From Rhina ancylostomus (lineage: Eukaryota): a DNA stretch of 63,645 bases. The stretch covers positions 10,566,797-10,630,441 of the forward strand of contig JARFYF010000046.1 in assembly GCA_030265395.1 (NCBI GenBank). The letters are read 5' to 3'. The position numbers were made by a program, and so were the translations under genes. This document shows positions 38,031 to 50,172 of the stretch, in pieces. The notes beneath the pieces are model-generated. The model did not search any database and had not been told where the DNA came from. It was given only the letters and a program-made list of their open reading frames with translations. Numbering within the stretch: position 1 is the stretch's first letter; each line of letters starts with the position of its first letter.

Positions 38031-38172
38031 TCAATTTAACGACTGCTTCTGTAAAACTCAAGGAGAGCATAAATCTCATTTCGGCTGTTTTCCAATCTGC
38101 ATGACCTCTAATCCACCTTTTGCACATCTTTGTGCTTGTTCCACACGTTTGCATGAAATCTCACAGCATTTC
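38031..38172 (-). pseudogene. Candidate internal exon with an in-frame TGA
   Basis: TTTAG|GAA acceptor; EML*DFMQTCGTSTKMCKRWIRGHADWKTAEMRFMLSLSFTEAVVKL; its phase-0 start matches the end of exon 40170-40258. Confidence 0.35.
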
Positions 38173-39257
38173 CTAAATGATACATATTCATTCATTCCAA
38201 CACTACAGGAAATTAAGCCTGCCTTGATCTGTTTTTGAAAGTGTGGTTAATGTAATAAACTGTATAATTGAGCTGCTCAAGTTTAAAATGAAATTTCGAT
38301 TGTGACTTCACATATTAAATAGTTCACTGGGAAAATAACTCATTTTTGCTGCTCTGAGTGTCTCTCATTGTAACTTGTATTTCTGTCTTTCAGTATTGCT
38401 TCCAAACTCCTGGCCCTTTCTCTCCAAGGCACAGATCCAGCAGAACATTGGGAAGATCAAATCTTGGTTATCCAAGGATGTGAGTTCCTCCCTCCTCCTA
38501 ACATCCCTAGAGCTCTGCTTTCCTCCAACTCTTGCCCACTATTGCCGGCTGTCGAGGCTCTAAGCTCTCGACTTTGCAGTCTATTCCTCTTCCCAACTTC
38601 TTAACCCTTTTGAGCATTTCTTCAAATCTATCTCTTTGACCAAGCTTTTGCTCGCCTGTCCTAATGACATGTTACTTTGAGTGAGTTAGTGCCTGATTTC
38701 TCCCTTATGATGAGGTTTCCCATTTAGAGGCTGTGCGCTGGCCGGTCATCCCCACCACTATCTCTGGTTCCGACCTTTTTGGACCAACACTTGCTTAAGG
38801 GCTCCACCACCAATCAGTCCAGCGGCAGAAAGTGTGCATATTTACAGATGGAGGCAGCCATTCGGCCCTTTATACCAATGCTGGCTCTTTGAAACAATTA
38901 TCAATGGAAATCCCATCTGATTACTACAATTGTGGCTGCACTTCCAACATATTTCTTTGGCTGTAAAGTGCTCTGGGACAACCTTAGGCTGTGAAAGGCA
39001 TCAATTCTGTGTAACTCTATGCAGATTCGAGATTGCATTCCTTTTCTTTCTGTCTTCTGTTTTTTCCCCATTGCTCTGCACTGTTTATACCTGCTCAGGC
39101 CCTGACGATCAGGGATACTTCGTGGTTATTATAAGTTGGAAACATAAACTTGCAAAGCCCCATCTTAATTAACTAATTTGAAACACTTATTTCTGCTTCT
39201 GTAAATCCTCACCCCCTCTACATTTCCATCTCTTCCCTCAGTAAGCTTTCCATTCGT

Positions 39258-39482
39258 TAGATAAGATAAGCTATCTTTAGTCACATGTACATCGAAACAC
39301 ACGGTGAAATGCATCTTTGCATAGACTGTTCTGGGGGCAGCCCGCAGGTGTCGCCACGCTTCTCGAAGGCCATGCTGCTTGACCTTCAAAGTTCTTCCAG
39401 CACTTTCCATTTTTAAGTGTAGCACAAAATGTGGGAGGAAACTGGAGCACCCGGAGGAAACCTTCACAGACACGGGGAGAAA
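39258..39482 (-). mobile_element. SINE (family of 42950-43232) with a replaced central segment
   Basis: Both ends match the 42950 copy; 39372-39426 instead matches 41036-41090. Confidence 0.8.
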
Positions 39483-40169
39483 TTCATATATTTATTTAAA
39501 TTCAAAATNNNNNNNNNNNNNNNNNNNNNNNNNNNNNNNNNNNNNNNNNNNNNNNNNNNNNNNNNNNNNNNNNNNNNNNNNNNNNNNNNNNNNNNNNNNN
39601 NNNNNNNNGGAGAAATTCATATATTTATTTAAATTCAAAATTACAGCAGATTAGTTACAGTCAGAACTGCATTATCAGAAAATAGTGAAATTACACAATA
39701 CATAACTATATCTTTTAACTTGTCTTTTTGTGTATTCCTCTGCTGCCATAATGAAGACAATTACTCTGTGTGAAGGGTGAAAGGGGGGACACAGTACATT
39801 GTTAATGGTGTTTTAAATAGTCCATCTAGTCATGCAGCCATTCACTTCTTCTTCCTGCACATTTGCATTTCTTTCTTTCTTTGTTTAATTATTAATCTTT
39901 CAGCTCTCTCTCAGGTATGATGGAGTCTGGGATGATCAGGTGATGGAAGCGTGAGAGGCTCTCAGTAGTTCCCGCTCCAGTCAAGGATTTGTTAGTCTGT
40001 TAGTTAAGACTGGCGCCGTTCTGTTGGGAGAAATATCAAGGGAATGGAGTTAAATTGGGGACAAGCAGTTGAGGTGCAGACCAGCCAAGAACTCAGTGAA
40101 CACCGGAAGATATTTGAGGGGACGTATGGCCTCTCCTATTCCTGTGTTCTGTGGGTTATTCAGAACGAC

Positions 40170-40258
40170 CTTCTGGTGGTCCTCGGCCTGTGTTATTTTC
40201 CCTTCATCTTGGGTGAAGGTAGACACCAACCCCACTTTCTTCCAATATGATATCAGTT
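40170..40258 (-). pseudogene. Candidate 89-nt exon
   Basis: CCTTCCACTTCATTCCCAACTAG| acceptor and AAG|GTCGTT donor; open frame LISYWKKVGLVSTFTQDEGKITQAEDHQK. Confidence 0.4.
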
Positions 40259-40996
40259 CTAGTTGGGAATGAAGTGGAAGGAGAGGGTTTAAGCTTATAA
40301 ACTGAGCCCTTCCGAAGACTCTGTGAGTAGCTTAGCCATGAGAACAGAGAATTTGAGCTTTGACGCCCCCCCCCACCCCTCCACAAAACTAAAGGTCCCC
40401 ATACAGCACGGAAACACGCCCTTCGGCCCACCACATTCAAATGTTTCCTTGGCGAAGAAATGGGAAATCAGTCAGGGTTTCCACTCCCAACCACCACTTA
40501 GTGACCCAATCGGGAGCGTAAGTTAAGGTGGTGTGAGTCTTGTCAAATGTGGCTTTTAAGCCAGCAGTGTATCATTAAATGTTGGTTGACTGAAATTGTT
40601 TTCAACCATTGAGAATATAGCTCCTTTTCCTTTGTTATTCAACATTGGTTCATTGCAAATATCAAATGCATAAAAAGAAAATACAGATGCTGGAAGTCAG
40701 AAAAAAAAACCCACAAAACTATAAATGTATTTATTCATGAGGATCTGGGCAAGGTCAGCATTTATTGCCCACAAATTCAATGACTTGCTTGGCCTCTTTA
40801 GTGAGAAGTCACCTCTCGCCCAGACCTAGTAAGGAAGGCGGATTTCCTGCCCAAAAGGACATTAGTGAATCAGGTGGGTTTTTAATGCTAATCTAAAAGT
40901 TTTGTGGTTGTCATCATGACTAACAAGACTTGAACTAGGTCCCTGGATTATGAGTGGGCTAACTCAACTTCTACACCGTCACCATATTCACTGAAT

Positions 40997-41506
40997 GGTC
41001 ATTGATCTGGGACATCAGCTGCTTGACCTCTCTGGATGCTGCTTGACCTTCAAAGTTCTTGCAGCACTTTCCATTTTTAAGTATAGCACAGAGCACCTTC
41101 TACGGAGCGAGATTTTGAGGACACTGAGATGCAANNNNNNNNNNNNNNNNNNNNNNNNNNNNNNNNNNNNNNNNNNNNNNNNNNNNNNNNNNNNNNNNNN
41201 NNNNNNNNNNNNNNNNNNNNNNNNNNNNNNNNNNNNNNNNNNNNNNNNNNNNNNNNNNNNNNNNNNNNNNNNNNNNNNNNNNNNNNNNNNNNNNNNNNNN
41301 NNNNNNNNNNNNNNNNNNNNNNNNNNNNNNNNNNNNNNNNNNNNNNNNNNNNNNNNNNNNNNNNNNNNNNNNNNNNNNNNNNNNNNNNNNNNNNNNNNNN
41401 NNNNNNNNNNNNNNNNNNNNNNNNNNNNNNNNNNNNNNNNNNNNNNNNNNNNNNNNNNNTGCATTTGGGTTCTCTGTGAGCTTGCTCTTTGCTCAACATG
41501 GTGACA
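40997..41506. mobile_element. Inverted copy of the LTR family, mostly gap; left boundary uncertain
   Basis: TGCATTTGGGTTCTCTGTGAGCTTGCTCTTTGCTCAACATGGTGACA is the reverse complement of the LTR start. Confidence 0.7.
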
Positions 41507-42949
41507 CAATCACCCTGCTCATTGCTCTGTTTGGAATTCTGCAATGCATACAAAGACTATTATAACCGTGATCACAATACAAAACTAACTCACCAGACAA
41601 GAAGTCTTTTAGGATGTCTTTTAGGAAGATGTGGAAAAGTATTCCATAAATACAAGCCCTTCCTTCTTTCTGCCCTTGACATGAAGGAGAAACTATTTCC
41701 ACTGGCTGAGAAGTATAGGATTACTGAAAATTAGGGCCAGCTTCTCAAAGGGTGATGAATATTTGGAACTCTCTTCTACAAAGAGCAAATAATTGTAAAC
41801 TTGAGTTAAGGGTCGAAAGCAGATATATGGAGTTAGGTCACAGATTGCTCATAATCTCATTGTATGCAAGAATTACTNNNNNNNNNNTTCAAGCGCTACT
41901 CTTGGTCCTATAGGGTAGACCTTGCCGGCTGGAGCTAATGATTCCCAAAGGAACCACTGCCATTCAGTTGTTCAAACTTCATTAAATCTTGGACTTCTAC
42001 AAATGTGCTGTTGTTCACGGGAGAGTGAAGGCCACATCTAGCATTACACTCTGCTGGATCTCCATGTGAAGACCCAATGGTAGATTAACTGGTTACTGTA
42101 AATGACCAAGTGAAGGTTAATGGCAAACAGATTCAAAGGGGAGTTGATGGACATGTGTGAGAGAGAACAAGTTACAGGGAATAAGGAGAACCAATGGGAT
42201 TGCTCTCCAGGGAGGCAGCATGGACCTCATGGGCCAAGCATCATTCTACATGTAAGAGGAGTGGAGCTCAGTCTTGTTGAGGTTCTTCAGCTTTGCTGCG
42301 GGGAATCATCTCTTAGATCCAACAGCAGACAGACCTGCTCATTGATGTCATTGGGAATTTCAGGCCTGTGAATTCGGAATTGAAGGGCGGTAAATTATTT
42401 CTAAATTAATTTTGTCTAGTTTAATGCCTTTAAGCATTTCTAAATGAATGAATCACCTCTTTTTAAAAACATGTATATAATTTTTAATTTGTAAATTTTT
42501 TAATTCAGTTTTTACTATTTGTATATGTTGGGAATATTAGTAATGTTTAGAAGCTGTTAAAGTGCCTCACAAGACAAGGCTGATCCAAGGCAAAGCCCAC
42601 CTCACCCCTGTACCTTCCACCCACCCCTTTGCCTTCTGTCATTACCTATCCAGGAGCACAGCCTCCCCATTTCTCTGCCTTAAGCCTTGGACACCATTCA
42701 GGCCTTACTATCTGACTCAAGAATTCAGGGGGCCAGTGAAATTGGCTTTCTAAATCCAGCAGGAATCAAGGGCAGCTAGTCAGGGCAGTGGTCCATGTTT
42801 GCATGATCTAGACCTAAGTTTTTAATCCATTGAAACAAGTTAAATTCTTCTGAGCCAGACCACTGGCCTGATCTTGCACCAAGTGCATATCGAACTTATG
42901 TAGCACTCCCAGCAAAGTAACAATGGTGAAATAAGAATTGTAGACATAT

Positions 42950-43232
42950 CGTGCAGCAGTTAGCTTAACGCTTTACAGCATCAGTGACTTGGGTTCAATT
43001 CCCGCCGCTGTCTGTAAGGAGTTTGTACGTTCTCCCCATGTCTACATGGATTTCCTCTGGGTGCTCCAGTTTCCTCCCACATTCCAAAGATGTACAGGTT
43101 GGGAAGTTGTGGGCATGCTATGTTGGCGCCGGAAACGTGGCGACACTTGCGGACTGTCCCCAGAACACTCTACGCAAAAGATGCATTTCACTGTGTGTTT
43201 TGATGTACGTGACTAATAAAGATCTTATCTTA
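42950..43232 (+). mobile_element. Near full-length tRNA-derived V-SINE-like element
   Basis: GGGTTCAATTCCC B-box, V-core and a tail ending GTGACTAATAAAGATCTTATCTTA. Confidence 0.85.
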
Positions 43233-43752
43233 ATGCTCTATTTCTCTGCCTTTACAAGGCACTTGAAAAATATTTAACTTTGTTCAAGTCATTTTCTTTT
43301 AATTTCTCCTCTAAATTTTCCTCAAGTACTTCTCAAACCCACAGTCTTATTGCCTTCATCTTAGGCAGTCCGTCAAGATCGAGGATGACTTCCTTCCACT
43401 CCATTTTTGTGGGTTCTGAGTTAACTGACAAGGATCTGTGTAGGGATAAGCAGCTCACCATATGAAGACCAATTAGAAGTGGGTCATAAGTGGACAATCC
43501 CGTGAGTTAGGTTAAATAAAACTGAGCAGTGTCCTCCTCCCTCTAGACCATATGGGATGATGGACATAAAAGACAACTCATGATGATGAGCATTTCCAAA
43601 GTACAAAGAGAGCACTTTCAACATGAAGGAAGCTGTTCCTTGAAGTGATTATTGTCATTTGATATTCTGGGGACAAGTCGCAAAATCATATCATAAACGG
43701 GCTCGTTTTTACTGGTGGATTCACAATACTAATAATCCCACCACAAAGAACA

Positions 43753-43885
43753 TCAGTCGGCGAAAATTGCTACTTCCCTATGAATCTGGTAAATAAATGC
43801 AGGGTCTTTGTGGCTTTTGAAGGTTGTAGCTGTTGAGCAGATAAATGCCCACAGACTTGTACGCTGCAGATGCTTTCCAACCCAT
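43753..43885 (-). pseudogene. Candidate exon (3' boundary uncertain)
   Basis: TCCCAG|A acceptor; WVGKHLQRTSLWAFICSTATTFKSHKDPAFIYQIHRE; phase 2 joins the GG left by exon 48803-49689. Confidence 0.4.
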
Positions 43886-44929
43886 CTGGGATTTATAAAT
43901 GTTGTGTATATGGAATCAATATTACTGTGCCTACAACAACGTTTTTAAAACAAGATAAATACTGTCAGATTAATTCAATCCTGAGCATTGGGTTACCTGG
44001 TTTAAATTCCTTTCTGGTTTATATTACCTGATTGCCTCACATTAGATGTTGCTCTCTGGAGGTCATCCATTACTTTACATGCTCTAATATTTAACCACAT
44101 TTTCCAGTTTCAGGCCATGCTAATTAATCTGATGTATCCCTGCATTGTACTAGCAGAGGATGCCAGGTATGATTATTTGAAGAATTGGGGATGATTATTT
44201 GCATCTTGAGCCCTTCAATGATTGTTCTTGCCCTTTGAGTTGTTGGAGTGGTAATTACGAACAATCAGCTTTCAAAAATCCTCGTTTGTGAGCAGACCGG
44301 TGAAATAAGCCTCCTGCTGTTGTTTTCCTTTTTCATATCTTGTCGGGCTCTTCTCTCATTACTCTTGCCAACTTTCATCTTCTCTTTCTCTGTTATTCAG
44401 CCCTCTCACTGCTTTGATCCCTGCTTCAGTCCTATGCCTCGATCTATAATCATTCTGCCCAGATTGCAGGTTTGAGTCTGAGAGTACTCAGAGTTGGTTG
44501 TGTGAGCCCAGTTCAGCTCCCATGAAGCCATGAGCCATGATAGAACCAACATTCTGTTCTCTCCTGTTACTAAGCCTCGACTGATGCTTTTTCACACTTA
44601 CTCCGCACCTCCCTATCTCCCTGCAGTCCGACACGGGACAACGATGAGAAGGCGGGCAGTAGCAACAGCAACACTGTGTGCTGCTGCATTGTGTAAATTC
44701 GATGCTCAGCACATCCCATGTTCACAATGAAGCCAGGGGATTAACCTTGGTTCAACGAGGTTGTCAGGAATAGTAGCAGGTGAAATCTAAAAATGCTGCA
44801 GTGCACACTGGTTACAATAAGCAGAACTAATCACAAAGATTGGACCAAGCTCTGCGTTCCTGCTTCACTCAGTCACGAATGGGAGAGGACAACAAGAGCA
44901 GGAAAAGGAGATTAAAGAAGATTCCAACA

Positions 44930-45830
44930 CTTGTCGGTGGTGGATCTCAGTAGAGTCCCTCTTACTACTCTGGTTCTTCTCCAAAGGTTGTACATTTGGG
45001 AGGTGTTGTATAACAAGCCTTGCATATTTGCTGGATTGAATGTTGGACAAATGGGCTACTTTATCCTGGAGGATGCTTAGTTCCTTGAGGGTTGTTAGAG
45101 CTGCAGTGATCCAGGCAAGTGGGCAGTATTCCTTCTCCATCTGAAATAGTGCCTTAGAAGTACTGGATGGCTTGAGGGTATCAGAAGGTGAATCCCTTGT
45201 CACAGGATACCCAGCCTCTGACCTACTCTTAAAGCCATGACATTCATGTGACTCTTCTAAATAAGTTTCCAGTGACTGGTGACCATACCAGGTGCTAGGC
45301 AGCCCTCCCAGTAGACCGTTAATGATGGAAGATTAAATGATGGTAACATGATTGATTGTCAAAGGGGGCATTTACACACTTTTTTGTTGGAGATGGGCAT
45401 GGTCTGGCAGAAATGTTACTGTGGACTTCCAGCCCCTGACTGACTATTAAAGAAAAGATTAAGGAAAATCCCAAAGCATTTTATGAGTATATTAAGGGCA
45501 AGAAGATAGTCAGGGCCCACTAGGGACTTAGATTGTAATCTGTATGATGAGCCAGAGGACATGAGTGAAGTCTCAAATGAATATTTCTCATCTTTATTCA
45601 CTAAGGAGAAATATATTTCAGTTGAGGAATTCAGCAAAGAGGTTGATAAAGTTAAAAAGGAAGAGGCATTAAAAATCTAAGCGAGCTTAAAGGTGGATAA
45701 AACCCTCAGGTCTGAAGCGATGTATCTCAGTCTGCTATGGCATGCAAGGGAAGAGAGTTTTCGGGATCTCTAATCCTCTGACGGAGATCTTTAATCTTTG
45801 CTTGCTACAGCTGAGGTGCCAGATGACTGG
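44930..45830. mobile_element. CR1-clade fragments (minus ~44930-45410, plus ~45445-45830)
   Basis: MEKEYCPLAW..AALTTLKEL..LQDKVAHL on minus; KENPKAFY.YIK.K...GPL and LNEYFSS.FT.E on plus. Confidence 0.75.
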
Positions 45831-46374
45831 AGGAGAGGAAGGTTTGACAGGAGCCAGAGAAAGCAGCACTCCCAAACCTATTAGACAATCTGTCCGGATT
45901 CGTCAGAGGGTTCAGGTTTGTTACATCCACTGGCTGTGAAGACCTGCATCAAGGATTGGCCTTGTTGGTTTTTCTTGGCCTAGATCATACTCAATACCCC
46001 TGCCATTCCAACAGTGTCGGCCCCACAGTGGCAGTTAGCACTTCGGGCTACTGCAATTGTCCCATGAACTGGAATGTTCTGTGACAGTGACTCAGTCTCA
46101 GGTGACAGATACTGAGGCCCTCTCCCAGGCTACCTGATGGTCTGCTGCCAGCTTGTGTTTTCATTCTGTCTCTAAGCCATCTAAGAACAGGGGAATTGCA
46201 TTCAATCAATTAAAAATATTGGAGATTATTCAAAAAATAGCCAATAAAAGAAATGAATTAAAATCTGTATTCACTGAGAAGCAGTTGGGGAATTCAGGGA
46301 AGAGGAGTACATTAAGTTACTTAAAACAAACATAAAGTGAAATAAAGGGGAAAAAAACAACTTTTGAAAGTAAA

Positions 46375-46565
46375 TCAAAAAACTGAAGCTGCTGGAAATC
46401 TGACCTTAAAAAACAGAAAATGCTGGAAACACTCAGCAGGTCAGGTAGTATTTGAGGAAAGAGACAGGTCTGGGACTCTTCATGAAAGGTCTTTGATCCA
46501 AAACATGAGCTCTGTTTCGCTTTTCGCAGATGCTGCCTCAGCTGCTGGGTGCTTCCAGCATGACT
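46375..46565. mobile_element. Second inverted pair of Penelope tails
   Basis: Arms 46420-46454 and 46527-46561 joined at TTCATGAA (46479-46486) within the hammerhead core. Confidence 0.7.
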
Positions 46566-48111
46566 TTAATGAAGATTGATGTCGTAAGTGGGGCCATCCC
46601 AGATACGGGCTGTGTCACAGGAAGATTATCCTGCCCTTCAGCTCAGGAAGATCTGAACCATCCCTAAACCCAGTGGGGAATGCGGCAGGGGAGTAGAAGG
46701 TGAGGTGTGCTGGGCACTGGCATCAGACCACCAGCGCATTCAGTACATTCATGCCACAGTGCTGAATTTGCAAAAGCCATGTACACACTGAGATGTGGGA
46801 ATGACACAGTCAGCAATCGTTTCCTGAGCCAGCAGCCAGCAGGAAGATTGGACCTGTTAGCCTCTCGCTAGCCAGCTGTAGATTCCAGAACTGTGTCAAT
46901 GGAACCACCCAATCCTTAGAGTGGGCACTGTACAGAATTTTGCATTGCAGCTCCAGATAATTTAATGTTAGATTTAGTACCAAGCGTCTCTCATAATTTC
47001 ATACTCTGTAAAGCTAAAAGCAAAGTAGTCGGTGGCCTTTTAACAGATGAAAGCATTAATTATCTTCAGCTCAAATCTTCAGTAAACCAGTTCTGCAACT
47101 CATGCTCAGAAGGTGAAAGGTTACTGCTGATGACTACGTGCAGTGATGTCAAAGATGTTGTGAAGATTGCCCCTGCTATCTGAAGCATGCTGCAGATGTA
47201 CCAGACTGAGGACCACTTCTCATAACAGCCTCATGAGAATTTGTACAGTGTTGTTAATTATTATCTGATTCATGCACTGACATACAATGTAATGGATTAT
47301 ATTTCATTTTGTAAATTCAGGCAGCTTATGTTCCCAAAGGGGCCATGACATGTATCTTTTGAAGATAAATCAGTGTGAAGTTGAATTGACATTGATCTGA
47401 GGCAGTGTGCTTTCCTGCATGGTATGACAAGTACTGCATTAGAAGCATGTAATCCTCCGTCAAGGTATTTACAACAGTGGTAAACGATGCTTGTCAACAA
47501 AGCTACAAGTCAGCCTGTTCCACCTTTAATGCACTGTCTTGTTCAGTCAAGATCTACTCCATTTACTCAATGACAAGCCATGACCCACTCTGCAGAGTTC
47601 CAGATCTTCTTATAATTTCTTCCTATTTTTTCCATTTGCTCCCAGGAAACAGGAAAAGTGACCTTTTAAATCCATGCATTTCTTAGCAACCTCCTGTCCA
47701 CTCCGACTCTGTCCCTGTTACAATCATCTAATTTTCTTTGAAAGTGTTTGGTGGACTTTAATTCAACGGACTGTGGTGAAGAATTCTCACATCTGGCCAA
47801 TCTTTGGGAAGATTTTCATCTAACCTCCTTGTATGGACATTGGGTCTCACTGCCCTCTGCTTGTTGGTTCCAGAGGGTATCACACATGGGCAGGTTGTGG
47901 GTGATAGCAGCAGCTCTGATGTCAATGCACACACATTTTCAGTGAGTCCATGAGGAATAATATGGAGTGGGAATCCAGAATGGAAATCCTGAGAGGAAAT
48001 ATAGAATTAATTCATTGTGCTAATTCTACCCCGGGTCTCTGAAGCCAATAACAGTCAACAATGCCAACTCAATAAGGGCTGAGCCTCTGGACTTTCATAT
48101 TCCTTATACAG

Positions 48112-48447
48112 AGGGTGGCACAGTGGTCCAGTAGCGCAGCTAGTAGAGATTCTGCATCACAGCTCCAGAGATCCTGATTACTGGTGCTGTCTGTGTGGAG
48201 TTTGCATGTTCTCCATGTGACCGGGTGAGTTTTCCAGGTGCTCTGGTTTCCTCCCACATCCCAAAATGGTGCAGGTTGTTAGGCTAATTGGTCACTGTAA
48301 ATTGTCCCTAATGAATAGGTGAGTGGTAGAATCAGGGGAGAATAAAATGGGTTAGGATAGGATTAGTGTAAAAATGGATGCTTAATGGTTGGCACTGACT
48401 TGGTGGGCTGAAGGGCCTGTTTCCATGCTGTGTCTCTCTGACTCTAC
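48112..48447 (+). mobile_element. V-SINE/HE1-like SINE
   Basis: Head, TGTGTGGAGTTTGCATGTTCTCC core and GGGCTGAAGGGCCTGTTTCCATGCTG tail. Confidence 0.85.
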
Positions 48448-48802
48448 CATGGTCTGGAATTACCTTGGAGTGATAAATGTCCCCTCTCATCACTTATCTC
48501 CTTGCTACATCTACACGATCTGCGTGTGTCCATTGGCAAGAACCTCCTCAACACAGCCAGCTCCAACCCAATCAACAAACCAAGACCTTCCAATTATAGG
48601 TCCTGCAGGAATATTTTAACATCAAGTGAAGCCATATCCCCAGGTTGAACCAGCATTCAGAGTTGTCAAAATGTTTGTGAAGGTCTGGGATAAAAACAGA
48701 CCAAAACAATGAAATATTAACAAAGTTATTAAACATAAAAATATAATTAAAGTGCTAAAATGCACCTAAAAACAATTAATTAAATCAGAAAATAGAAATT
48801 AC

Positions 48803-49689
48803 CCCAAGAATTTAGCTTTCTCCCTCATAGTTGTTACCACACTCAGGTTCAGTAGGTAGGTTTCCCAATTAAACTACTAGGAAACTGCCAGGAATTTGTT
48901 CTCTATTCCCAGGGTTTCAAACTTAACGTTGTTTTTCTTATATTTCATATCTGTCATATCTCCTTGCAATGTTGAAAGATGTCATCTGGCCCCTTGAGTC
49001 CAGACCAGCACATTTCCATCAATCTGCAAAGTTTCAGGTTTAAGGCCAACATTTAAACACAAAGGTAAAATGTCTTCCTATGATGTGCTGGTTATAACGT
49101 TCGATGAAACATTCCCTGAATACCCTTCCTGAGCAAAGGGCTCTGCAATCAATCCTCAGCTCATCTGCACTGAAGGGGTTTCACCACTCACAGTTTGTGA
49201 CTTCAGCTCAAAGCTCCTTTTAGACCTAAACTACCATAACTTATTGGAATAATGTTCATTGTTAGGCTAGATTCCAACCATTCACATTGTCCAAAAATAA
49301 TTCTACTAAGCACGAGAGGTTCTAAGAGCCTGGTTAGAACCAGATGATTGGCTTTCCCTTAACATTCATGAAGAATTATGTACTTAGGAATAAAATGCCT
49401 GGTTCTGGGATATAACTTTCAACATGTCAGTGAGAAATAGTCCAGGTAGAAGTTTGTTTCCTGTTGTCATAAGGCTCTAAAATCAACAGAATGTATAACA
49501 GCCCATATCGTTTTTTATCGCTCGCGGTAAAGTACTCCTGGAGATAATTCAAACATATTTTTAGCTAAGCAATGTAGCTGAGATCAGTGTTGGAACATGA
49601 AGTCATTCTCCTGCTTGAACTGCCTGTTTCTCCAGCTAGTGAGTCTGCCAAACCTGGTACCTCCATTGTCTCTATCCCCCTGATTAGGC
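48803..49689 (-). pseudogene. Candidate large decayed exon
   Basis: TTAG| acceptor and GG|GTAATT donor; protein-like runs broken by stops and frameshifts (RFGRLTSWRNRQFKQENDFMFQH*..TIWAVIHSVDFRAL*QQETNFYLDYF..YPRTRHFIPKY..FNWETYLLNLSVVTTMREKAKFLG). Confidence 0.4.
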
Positions 49690-49904
49690 CTAAGGCTGCT
49701 TTAGTGGGAGCCAACAAAACAACAAGAAAATACTTCCATTGCACGCTAGTGCAGAGGGAGTTAAAGGACCAGACTGGACCAATTAAATCTCCTCAGCCAA
49801 GAAGACAGGTCAGTGATGAAGTTGGGCTGTGATGTCTGGTGGTTTTCACTGGACAACTGGGCCTTGTCTCCTTCGGCTGCTGGTGGCTGAATGTCTCAGT
49901 CAAT

Positions 49905-50172
49905 CATTCCCCCCCTCAGTCACTTCCTCCCTCATTTCCATCCTCCTTCAGTCACTTCCTCCCTCATTTCCATCCTATCTCAGTCACTTCATCCCTCATT
50001 TCCATCCTCCCTCATTTCCATCCTCCCTCAGTCACTTCCTCCCTCATTTCCATCCTCCCTCATTCACTTCATCCCTCATTTCCATCCTCCCTCAGTCACT
50101 TCCTCCCTCATTTCCATCCTCCTTCAGTCGCTTCCTCCCTCAGTCACATCCTCCCTCAGTCACTTCCTCCCA
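49905..50172. repeat. Pyrimidine-rich minisatellite (~32-bp unit CAGTCACTTCCTCCCTCATTTCCATCCTCCCT)
   Basis: Direct reading; accounts for the S/P/H-rich ORFs in the track. Confidence 0.95.

Noticed and set aside
38161-38163. In-frame TGA in a candidate exon read as selenocysteine
   Set aside because: Other candidate exons carry TAA/TAG stops and frameshifts, and no SECIS was recognised; CGA-to-TGA decay is the simpler explanation
42950-43010. tRNA-like A/B boxes in SINE heads as tRNA genes
   Set aside because: They continue into SINE cores and tails, and no complete cloverleaf is present
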